This document shows, piece after piece, positions 16,104 to 24,318 of a stretch of DNA of 64,000 nt. Within the stretch, counting starts at the first letter, position 1. Every line of letters starts with the position of its first letter. The stretch is taken from the IMG/VR virus record IMGVR_UViG_3300030106_005394, positions 1 to 64,000 of that record; one strand, 5' to 3'. This DNA is from a virus. A program made the position numbers and the translations under genes. A model generated the notes under the pieces. It was not told the DNA's origin. It was given only the letters and a program-made list of their open reading frames with translations, and ran no database searches.

Positions 16104-16800
16104 CTCCTTCTAGATCAAATGGAAGCTCATCTACCTTCTTTGGTGTTTTAGCTTCCTCTATTTGCTTCTTACCTTCACTTGACGCCGCATCAAGTGCCGC
16201 ACGGAATTGTGGGTTCTTGTTGTCAATGTTATCAATATACCATTGGAGTGACTGTTCTGGCAGGGAACTCAGGGGCTTACCCTTGTTTTTGCCAAACGGA
16301 ACCACGAAGTCGCCCCAGTCGCCAGTTTTATTTAACTCAACAGCTTTTGGTTTTTCAAACCTAGTCTCTTGTTTTTTGGGCTTAGGTTTGCTTGCTGGCT
16401 TTTCGTCTTTTCCGTGAGTATTGACCGCATCAGCATCCTTGCTGTCATCTATTGCGAATAGGCCATTTAAGGCATACTTGCGAGCGTAGGAGCTTGCTGC
16501 TCCCGTACACTGACTAGGTGACATTCCCTTGAGACTGCCTTCTTGCGCCCAGCCTACGCTTGAAACGCTCTCGCCGTTTGCGTGTAAGCTGGCTATGGCC
16601 TTAACGTAGGTGTTTCCGTTTATATCATAAACCTCATCACTTAATGTGACTGCAGCTTTATGCGTTTCCAGTAGGGGCTTGAGTGCCTCAAGTATGTCCT
16701 CACAGCTCCTGTAGTTGTACCCGCCAAACTTATTTGTCTGTCCTTTGGGCGCGTTTAGCTGGCTCTGTATAAAGCCAAGCGTTTCTAGTGCTTCATTCAT
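16078..16800 (-). CDS. erf: ERF-family ssDNA annealing protein with a C-terminal PFGK-type domain
   Basis: APK.Q.NKFGGYNYRSCEDI, GAASSYARKYALNGLFAIDD.KDAD. Confidence 0.93.
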   Translation of the reverse strand: MNEALETLGFIQSQLNAPKGQTNKFGGYNYRSCEDILEALKPLLETHKAAVTLSDEVYDINGNTYVKAIASLHANGESVSSVGWAQEGSLKGMSPSQCTGAASSYARKYALNGLFAIDDSKDADAVNTHGKDEKPASKPKPKKQETRFEKPKAVELNKTGDWGDFVVPFGKNKGKPLSSLPEQSLQWYIDNIDNKNPQFRAALDAASSEGKKQIEEAKTPKKVDELPFDLEGDDGDELPF

Positions 16801-16852
16801 TTTTACCTTCCTTTTGAGATTATCGGCTAAATCGGTTCGCCGAATAAACTGC

Positions 16853-16880
16853 AGTTTTGTGAATTAATCCTCGACTGCAA
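16853..16880 (-). promoter_or_regulatory. Putative promoter of the replication operon
   Basis: TTGCAG-N16-AAAACT upstream of erf. Confidence 0.4.
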
Positions 16881-16934
16881 GTTTTTTCTGAAAAAAAATT
16901 AATTGACAGGATATGTGCGTATACCTGACACTCC

Positions 16935-16997
16935 ACGCACATCTTCCACGTGCCCCTCGGTAGGTTCTTATCCTTTCTTCCTGCCGAGGGGTTTTTT
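16935..16997 (+). ncRNA. Candidate antisense sRNA / terminator hairpin with a 15-nt pyrimidine loop
   Basis: 12-bp stem 16953-16964/16980-16991 plus U6; TTGACA at 16903; loop complementary to the initiator RBS at 13771-13786. Confidence 0.6.
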
Positions 16998-17039
16998 ATA
17001 GTTGACTGACTAGTGTCTTTTGGTTTTGGGTTTTAATCT

Positions 17040-17306
17040 ATGGACAGCGATACTGCGGACTTGATACAAAAAACAGTAAACCCACTTTTATCCGAGTTTC
17101 TTGACGGATTCATAATAGCAGGAGTTAAGGCTGGCACAGACAAGAAGGTGATATGCATTAAAATGCCACCTCCTCGTCCTGCTAGAGGGTATGAAGACCC
17201 AGACTTCTATCACAATGACGAGCCTTACGTAAGAGCCGAGGATAACTTTTTGCCCCTATTATCATGTATAGAGGAGTGGGCTGAAATAAATATAGATTTA
17301 GAATGA
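17040..17306 (+). CDS. Hypothetical protein
   Basis: First ORF of the plus-strand operon. Confidence 0.65.
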   Translation: MDSDTADLIQKTVNPLLSEFLDGFIIAGVKAGTDKKVICIKMPPPRPARGYEDPDFYHNDEPYVRAEDNFLPLLSCIEEWAEINIDLE

Positions 17307-17659
17307 GCTGGAAATGGTTTGATAAGTACCCACCACCTCTCGTTAGGTGCTTGGCTAGACGTAAGCTATCAGGTAGCCACGTTGTTGCGATGTCTGATGA
17401 AGAGGTAGCCCTGCGGGCAGATATACCCTTACTAAGGATAAAGGAGATATCAACAAAGAATGATTGGAGTGACGTGCCTATAGATGAGGCGAGAAGTTTC
17501 TGCAGTGCATGCAACTTCGATATATTCAATTCTGCAGACAGGAACAGAGCAGGAGCCTACCTTCGAAAAGGCGCTAAGTTTCAGTATTTAAAAGTATCTC
17601 CACACTGGAAGACAACATTCCTCCCATTGATACAAGCCATGAGAAGTAATGCCCAATAG
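17303..17659 (+). CDS. Hypothetical protein, possible HTH
   Basis: SDEEVALRADIPLLRIKEIS resembles an HTH. Confidence 0.6.
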   Translation: MSWKWFDKYPPPLVRCLARRKLSGSHVVAMSDEEVALRADIPLLRIKEISTKNDWSDVPIDEARSFCSACNFDIFNSADRNRAGAYLRKGAKFQYLKVSPHWKTTFLPLIQAMRSNAQ

Positions 17660-18323
17660 GCAATCCATACCGATAGCAGAGCTATCAGAGGCTCTCCGCA
17701 GGAACGAGGGAGATAGGGATGCTACAGCAAAGGAGCTAGGCATTACAAAGAACTATCTTAGTGTCAGAATCAACAAGACACCAGCCCTTAAAGCTCTTTG
17801 GTCTAACACCGAGCCTATTGACCCATCTAGTGCAGAAGCTGAAATTCGAAAGGCTCCACACAAGCCTACGGCTGATCCAATATCGGATAAGCGAAGTCTG
17901 GAGGTTTGGCAGAAGAACGGAAAAGATGTCTTCATGGAAGAAATCTCTTCTATGCTACATAACAAGGATAACATTGCGAAGCTGGACATATTTAAGGGCT
18001 TTGAGGGCAATGTTGGACTACATATGGCCAGAGCCTTGGAGATGACCCAGAATGTGAATATGCGTCAGAACGTAACACTTTTTGAGGTAGCAGAGAACCT
18101 GAGAGATCAAATACTGAGCGGAGCCTTAGATGAAGAGTCCGAGATTATGAAAACCAGACTTTATGTATCATGCTGCGAACAGCAGGGTAAGTTCTACGAC
18201 AGGCTACTTAGGGGACTGGAGGCCATGCTCAAGATGACCGAGAAGGAGGCTGGCAAGAAAAAGAAGAAGGCTGGGTTCCAGCCACTGTCAGAATTACAAA
18301 AGGCTGAAGATGCAGAAGAATAA
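17649..18323 (+). CDS. Putative terminase small subunit (Fis-like HTH)
   Basis: EALRRNEGDRDATAKELGIT HTH; helical; upstream of terL. Confidence 0.55.
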   Translation: MPNRQSIPIAELSEALRRNEGDRDATAKELGITKNYLSVRINKTPALKALWSNTEPIDPSSAEAEIRKAPHKPTADPISDKRSLEVWQKNGKDVFMEEISSMLHNKDNIAKLDIFKGFEGNVGLHMARALEMTQNVNMRQNVTLFEVAENLRDQILSGALDEESEIMKTRLYVSCCEQQGKFYDRLLRGLEAMLKMTEKEAGKKKKKAGFQPLSELQKAEDAEE

Positions 18324-18501
18324 GCAGATACAGCAGTTCTTAACTCAGTCAGATATAATTAATGGATTCTGGGAGGAGTTTGAGGCTAAGCATGAAACCC
18401 AGAAAGAGGAGCACCCTTGGAAACTTAAATACTTTGTTGCTCTTGCATTCGCAGAGGGAGTAGCGATGGGTATGAAGAATGCCAAAGCAGAAGAAAATTG
18501 A
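18310..18501 (+). CDS. Hypothetical protein
   Basis: 63 aa ORF overlapping both neighbours. Confidence 0.55.
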   Translation: MQKNKQIQQFLTQSDIINGFWEEFEAKHETQKEEHPWKLKYFVALAFAEGVAMGMKNAKAEEN

Positions 18502-20017
18502 TACAGCCGCAATTCTTAATCGCTTAGGCGACTTACAGGATGACGAGAAGAAGGAGACAGAGCCATGGCTCCCATCACTTTCTAAGACCCAAAGGGAGAT
18601 ATTTGACGACTCCTCAAGGTACATACTTGCTTATGGCGAGAGAGGTACTGGAAAGACTTATGTACTGGGTGGACACAAGCTCGTACGCCATTGCTATGAG
18701 AACTTTAATGCTCTAGCTCTTTGTGTAGTTGGCGTTAAGTCACAGGCCACCATGGGTGGGGTCTGGCATAAGCTTCAGACTGAGATACTGCCCCTGTGGG
18801 CAGAGGGCCTAGGTATAAACATTACCGAGGAAAGAAGGGACGAGCAAAAGAACTTATATGTTGATGTAGAGAATAGGTATGGTGGATACTCTAGGGTTGT
18901 AGTAATATCTGTTCCATATGGAGCTTTTATACGAGATAGGATAAAAGGGTTTGAGCCATCTTATGTATTTATTGATGAGCTTACTAACTTGGATACCGAT
19001 GATTACTTTAATGCGGTAGTACAGCAGATAGGTAGACGTCCGGGTATTCGTGGGCCACAGCAATATACTGCCGCATGCAACCCTGACGGCCCATCACATT
19101 GGGTATACAAGAGGTTCTTTGAGATACCTTATAATGACGAGGGGGAGTGGAATGACGATTATTCCGTGTACCACCTCAAGATAGAAGAGAATAAGGACAA
19201 CCTACCCAAGGGATACTACGATAATGTCATGGAGGCTGTGGCCGATGATCCTATCGAAGAGGCCCGAATGATTCGCGGTGAATGGATAGATAGACCGCTG
19301 GGAGATGCTATATTTAGACCCTACTTCCTAGAAAACATACATATGAAGGGGGATGCCAAGCATGACATACTCCCTAACCCAAAGTACCCGATAATATGCG
19401 GATGGGATCCGGGTGCCGTAAATAACGCCATCATATTCCTTCAGTGCTTAGTTGGTTCAGACAAGACTATATGGTTATGTTTCGACGAGATGATATGGAT
19501 AAATGAGAAGATGCCTTACACTGCCATGATACCAAAGGTCATGAGACAGATGAGGTATTGGAATAATAAAATGGACACCAAGTTTACCTTTGAGCACATA
19601 AGTGATAACTCGGCATTCAATCAGTTTAGGGCTAGGAGCGGAAGTTACGATGTGAGGGATATTCAGCAAATATCAGCCGAAAAGGCCGAATCCTTTGACA
19701 TGGAGTCCATAAGAATGAAGGCCGCCCCAAAGTTTTCTGGTTCCGTCGAGGCTAGAGTTAGGCTTATGATCTCAAAACTACAGCAAGAGGAGTTTATGCT
19801 TTCACATAGGTGCTCAAATATTAAGAAGATGTTTTATAGTCTTGTGGCCGAAAAGGGCAGGTCTGGCAAGTATGACCCATCATTGCCATTTAAGCCAAGA
19901 AGGAGTGTGTACATACATGGATTTGATGCCCTTACATATCCTATGCTTTATTATAACGCAGGCGCAATGATGCCTACCGAAAGAGCAGCATCTGAAATAA
20001 TTGAAGTCGGTGCTTGA
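18479..20017 (+). CDS. terL: Terminase large subunit
   Basis: Walker A GERGTGKT, Walker B VFIDE, CNP...HW, nuclease GWDPG and HGFDALTY. Confidence 0.95.
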   Translation: MPKQKKIDTAAILNRLGDLQDDEKKETEPWLPSLSKTQREIFDDSSRYILAYGERGTGKTYVLGGHKLVRHCYENFNALALCVVGVKSQATMGGVWHKLQTEILPLWAEGLGINITEERRDEQKNLYVDVENRYGGYSRVVVISVPYGAFIRDRIKGFEPSYVFIDELTNLDTDDYFNAVVQQIGRRPGIRGPQQYTAACNPDGPSHWVYKRFFEIPYNDEGEWNDDYSVYHLKIEENKDNLPKGYYDNVMEAVADDPIEEARMIRGEWIDRPLGDAIFRPYFLENIHMKGDAKHDILPNPKYPIICGWDPGAVNNAIIFLQCLVGSDKTIWLCFDEMIWINEKMPYTAMIPKVMRQMRYWNNKMDTKFTFEHISDNSAFNQFRARSGSYDVRDIQQISAEKAESFDMESIRMKAAPKFSGSVEARVRLMISKLQQEEFMLSHRCSNIKKMFYSLVAEKGRSGKYDPSLPFKPRRSVYIHGFDALTYPMLYYNAGAMMPTERAASEIIEVGA

Positions 20018-20042
20018 CCCTACTTAAATTTAGTAACACAAT
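20014..20042 (+). promoter_or_regulatory. Putative sigma70 promoter
   Basis: TTGACC-N17-CACAAT; the -35 box contains the terL stop. Confidence 0.55.
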
Positions 20043-20051
20043 TCTAAAACC

Positions 20052-20309
20052 ATGCAAAATCTAGACAGCGTACATATTGACATTGAGGATAACGAAGACG
20101 TGGCCGAGCTATTTGAGGGATGCAAGGCTGGCCATGTAGTAAGAATTACTATGGAGGCTACCATTACCGAGCGAACCGAGGATCGAGTTGCGGCAAGCGT
20201 TGATGGCATTGAGCAGGTAGATAAAATTGGCGGGTACGATGAGGACGAAGAGGACGAGGATATGGAAGATGCCGAAGAGGATGAAGAAGGGGCCGACGAG
20301 GAGTATTAA
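20052..20309 (+). CDS. Small acidic protein
   Basis: 85 aa with D/E-rich tail. Confidence 0.75.
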   Translation: MQNLDSVHIDIEDNEDVAELFEGCKAGHVVRITMEATITERTEDRVAASVDGIEQVDKIGGYDEDEEDEDMEDAEEDEEGADEEY

Positions 20310-20646
20310 TGGAGCCAGATCTTCCACGACGGCTTCAAGAATCATCGACGCGCATTATGAAGAAAAAAGCATTAGACGCTTGTGGAATCTTGGCAGAGCT
20401 GAAAGGCTTGCTAGGGCGCTCAACCTCACTCTTCCTGAGATTGCTAGCATTATTGCTTACCCGCATCCGGACTTTCTTAGGCAAATTGAAAAAGGGAAGT
20501 TAAACGGACCAGCTTGCGTACTACTTACACTTATAGAGCACGCATACCTAAACGACCTAGTACACGATACAGTAGACTTATTTAACTTCCATGGTAGACC
20601 TGAAGATATTAAAGGAGATGGGGTGCACATCGGCGCGCCTGCGTGA
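20269..20646 (+). CDS. Hypothetical protein, possible HTH (start uncertain)
   Basis: RLARALNLTLPEIASII; fills the gap before portal. Confidence 0.6.
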   Translation: MPKRMKKGPTRSINGARSSTTASRIIDAHYEEKSIRRLWNLGRAERLARALNLTLPEIASIIAYPHPDFLRQIEKGKLNGPACVLLTLIEHAYLNDLVHDTVDLFNFHGRPEDIKGDGVHIGAPA

Positions 20647-22849
20647 GATTTTCACATCAGAAGAAGGCGGTGAAGATCATAAGATAAAGGAGAGGCTCAC
20701 CGAAAAGATAGAGTCTAGAATACATGATGGAGTCATGTTTAGCTCTAGGCACGCGAATTTATATATGTCCGTTGACCTTGCTTGGGATAGTCTGCCAATT
20801 AATAAGGCAACTATACCTTTGCTTCAATATGCTCAGGGCAAAATAGACATAGAGTCATGCCATAGGGACTTAGAGGGACTTGATTGTGCTGACCAGTTCT
20901 GTGAGTACGACGAGGAGAATGCTCTGAAGTCAATTAACATAATGAGACTGTACGAGGTTTCTGTTAATTTAATTAGGTCTTACGTAACACGAAGAGTTGC
21001 CGCTCAGGTATCAAGATTTAACAATCTATTTCCTTTCTTTAAGTACGAGCCGAGAGGCACAGGTACCATAGATAAGGTCAGAGGGGATGTTTTGTCTCAA
21101 AGAATAGAGATTATGGCAGACCAGTTTGGTTACCGACATCACTTCTCTCAGGCCATACGTGACATGTTCCTGTATGGGAAAACAGTAAACTTTCCGACCC
21201 AAGGGTGGACTAGGGATGTCTCTTGGAGGAATGTATCAGACCCAGTTACTGGGGAGACCGAAAAAGAATCCTATGTTGAGCGTGAGGGCGTAGCATTTGT
21301 TAAGCCCCACCCAACTAGGGTTTTCTGGGATCAGTCCAGTCCATTGCCTCAGATTAACGACAATATTGGCCCTGACTGGATCGGGTACTGGGATATCGTT
21401 AAGTATTCAGATATGCACAAGAACCCTGCATATTGGAATACCGATAAGATCGAATTTAACAATAGTCTTATCGGCGTGTATGACCAGAACAAGCAGTTCT
21501 TTAAGTATTACTTCGACTCAAGTAGCCTTACGTTTCCTCGCACCAAAGATAACTTTTCCTTCCAGAATGAGCGCACAGCCAATATAGGGATATACTCTGC
21601 TGAAGAGCAGGACAAGGGAATGTTCCTAACTAATCTATTTATGAAGGTAAATCCCAAAGCCGAGGGCATTGGTGATTATCCTTTTGATGTATGGATGAAG
21701 CTTGTTGTGGCATCGGACTCGACAGTTCTTTATGCGGAATTCCTTCCATCTATTCCTGCAATATATGGAGGAATTAACGAGAATGACGACAGGTTGGCAA
21801 ATATCTCAATAGCCCATGAGATTATGCCTTTTCAGGATCAGATGAATAACATTATGACATCAATGCTTCACCTCATGAAGGTCGGCATGATGAAAATAAT
21901 TGCAATTGATCAAGATGCTATAGACCCAGAAATTAGAGAGTACATAAAAGATGCACTTGCCGAGGACACGTTCTACGCCAAACCAAAAGCTATATTTTAT
22001 TCAGGAACTAAAGCAGCGGACCTTGGAATTAACGCAAATAACTTTGTTAATGTCGTTGATGTTCATACTGAGCTTGCGGGCAGTATCAATCAAAGCATTC
22101 AAGGTATTTTGCAGTTACTTAACTTGGTTGAGAGACTGCTTATCCTGTCTCCGCAGGAGCTAGGGCAACCATCACCTCGTGAGATCTCGGCAACAGAAGT
22201 AACCGAGATAGCCAATACCACGAATGCCTTATATACATTTATATCAGACGGAATTGATGACCTCCGATCTGCTGCAAAAAAGATGCTTTACGAGCACCTT
22301 GTTGGATGCTCAACAGAGCCATTTAATGTTCCAGTTAAGGGTAGATATACTGTAAAGGCTATTCAGAATGCAGGATTTGAGGCAGAGGATACTGGGGATT
22401 TGCCAGAAATTCCTCGCCGAAGAAATGTAGTCGGGCTACCCATGGATTTACAGCACGAATATATGTTTTCTTCTAGGGATGGAGCCGAGAGAGCTAGGGA
22501 TGTTCAGTCTGCTCAGGTGCTGGGTCAGTTGCTACAGCAGTTACTACAGGTTCCAGAGTTAGCTCAGTCGGTTGGTAAGGAAAGAATTTTTGATATGCTA
22601 AATGAGGTCTTTAGAATGAGCGGGGCAGGATACGATCTGCTTCTAGAGACAGACGAGATGGAGGATCTGCAATTGACTCAAAGTATGCAACAGGAGCAGT
22701 TCTTGCAGCAACTTCAAGAGCAGATGCCTCAATTAATGCAGGCATTACAGAATCTCAATGAACGTGTTGGCGGGATTGAGCAAATGGCTGGGGTTGAGCC
22801 TCCTGCAGAAGGCGGTGCACCCCAACAGGAGCAACCTCCCCCACAGTAA
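20591..22849 (+). CDS. Portal protein
   Basis: 752 aa between terL and scaffold; QDQMN, SATEV motifs, Q-rich C-terminus typical of podoviral portals. Confidence 0.85.
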   Translation: MVDLKILKEMGCTSARLREIFTSEEGGEDHKIKERLTEKIESRIHDGVMFSSRHANLYMSVDLAWDSLPINKATIPLLQYAQGKIDIESCHRDLEGLDCADQFCEYDEENALKSINIMRLYEVSVNLIRSYVTRRVAAQVSRFNNLFPFFKYEPRGTGTIDKVRGDVLSQRIEIMADQFGYRHHFSQAIRDMFLYGKTVNFPTQGWTRDVSWRNVSDPVTGETEKESYVEREGVAFVKPHPTRVFWDQSSPLPQINDNIGPDWIGYWDIVKYSDMHKNPAYWNTDKIEFNNSLIGVYDQNKQFFKYYFDSSSLTFPRTKDNFSFQNERTANIGIYSAEEQDKGMFLTNLFMKVNPKAEGIGDYPFDVWMKLVVASDSTVLYAEFLPSIPAIYGGINENDDRLANISIAHEIMPFQDQMNNIMTSMLHLMKVGMMKIIAIDQDAIDPEIREYIKDALAEDTFYAKPKAIFYSGTKAADLGINANNFVNVVDVHTELAGSINQSIQGILQLLNLVERLLILSPQELGQPSPREISATEVTEIANTTNALYTFISDGIDDLRSAAKKMLYEHLVGCSTEPFNVPVKGRYTVKAIQNAGFEAEDTGDLPEIPRRRNVVGLPMDLQHEYMFSSRDGAERARDVQSAQVLGQLLQQLLQVPELAQSVGKERIFDMLNEVFRMSGAGYDLLLETDEMEDLQLTQSMQQEQFLQQLQEQMPQLMQALQNLNERVGGIEQMAGVEPPAEGGAPQQEQPPPQ

Positions 22850-22866
22850 CATAAACAAAAAGAACT

Positions 22867-24162
22867 ATGGACGAGACACAAGTTACGGAGGACCCTAACC
22901 TGCAAGAGGAGGTACAAACGGGTGAAGAGGAAACAGAGGACGGAGGTCTGGTAGGTGCTACCCTATTCGACTCGCTTTATGCCGCCGCCGAGGGCGAAGA
23001 GGCTGAGGTAAGTGATGGGGGGCAAGCTGTAACAGACAGCTTATCGGGCGAAGCTCAGCAGCAACCTCAGGCCGAAGAAGAGCCACAGGCAGAAGCTGAA
23101 CCCAAGAAAAAGGTTAAGCGGATACACAAGAAGGAGGTCATTGATCCCGATCTTCCAGAAGAAGAGTCTAGTGAGGGCCATGAGCCAGTATCTGAATCCG
23201 ATGACGACGAGGAGTTTTTACTTCCAGAGGAGAGGGAGCAACTTAAGGTAGTTAAGCACATCTCTAATAAGAATAATACAAATCAAGATAAGGAGCTTAA
23301 GGAGTATTTTAGGAAGCAGAAGGAATACATCGAAAAGCGACTGGAGGAGAATCCAGACTTAAACCTTAGCGATGACCACGACTTTGAGCAATTTGTAGCA
23401 AGAAACCGACCTCAGTTAGATATGGCCGAGGTGCGTGCTGCAGAAAGGGAAATGTTGCTGGACGAGGCAGAAGAGAGGGCATTAAAACGCCTCAGGCCAG
23501 AAGTCGAAAAGACTAATATTGAAACTAGACGCTTGCAAATCAAGCCCAAGGTCGAAGAGGAGAAGCAAAAGGCAGAACAGAAGGCTATGTCTATGGTTCC
23601 AGAGTTTCTTGCAGATGACCTAAAGAATAGAAGTCCAGAGGATGTCCAGAAGGATAACCCTTATGAATTTAATATTGTAAATACTGCGGTAACAAACGCC
23701 TCAAGATTTGCATCTACCTTTCTTGATATATCAAAAGGCATGGTAGATTATGACCCACACAATCCAGAGCATGACCAGTTGAGGGATTGGCTGGTTAAGG
23801 AGCAGGATGCCTTCATTAATGGTGGTCAAACGAAGGATCAACAAGGAAGGCCATTCATGCGAAGGGAAAGATATCTGAGGCTTTCTTCTGCGGATCAGCA
23901 GAAATATTGGACTTGGACTGACGACCAGTGCGTAGATATTATGTACGCAAGGGCAAAGACCACAATGGAATCCGAGCTAGAGCAGCACAATAAGGCAATG
24001 CAAGCCTACTTAAGTAGGAATGGCCAGCAGCGACCTCAGGCCGCTCCAGCACAGGCTGCACCAACTCCACCAGCACCTAAGCCCACTCCTAGAGCTGGAG
24101 GAACTCCTCAGGCTCAAACCCAAGACCAAGTGCCCTCTCCATTATCAGTGTTAGGTATGTAG
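22867..24162 (+). CDS. Putative capsid scaffolding protein
   Basis: Acidic, helical, Pro-rich tail, between portal and capsid. Confidence 0.7.
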   Translation: MDETQVTEDPNLQEEVQTGEEETEDGGLVGATLFDSLYAAAEGEEAEVSDGGQAVTDSLSGEAQQQPQAEEEPQAEAEPKKKVKRIHKKEVIDPDLPEEESSEGHEPVSESDDDEEFLLPEEREQLKVVKHISNKNNTNQDKELKEYFRKQKEYIEKRLEENPDLNLSDDHDFEQFVARNRPQLDMAEVRAAEREMLLDEAEERALKRLRPEVEKTNIETRRLQIKPKVEEEKQKAEQKAMSMVPEFLADDLKNRSPEDVQKDNPYEFNIVNTAVTNASRFASTFLDISKGMVDYDPHNPEHDQLRDWLVKEQDAFINGGQTKDQQGRPFMRRERYLRLSSADQQKYWTWTDDQCVDIMYARAKTTMESELEQHNKAMQAYLSRNGQQRPQAAPAQAAPTPPAPKPTPRAGGTPQAQTQDQVPSPLSVLGM

Positions 24163-24197
24163 TTCTTAGTATTTAAAACCCAGTTTTGAGGTTTCAG

Positions 24198-24232
24198 CCC
24201 CAAGCCTGTTTTATCGGGTTTGGGGTTTTTTT
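24198..24232 (+). terminator. Rho-independent terminator upstream of the capsid gene
   Basis: CCCCAAGCCUG-N6-CGGGUUUGGGG plus U7. Confidence 0.8.
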
Positions 24233-24318
24233 GCACTTTTTTCACTTTTTTCTAGGGGTTAGCACATAACATCGGTTATGTTCCTGACGTTTTAAACCAT
24301 TCAACCCACATATATAAA

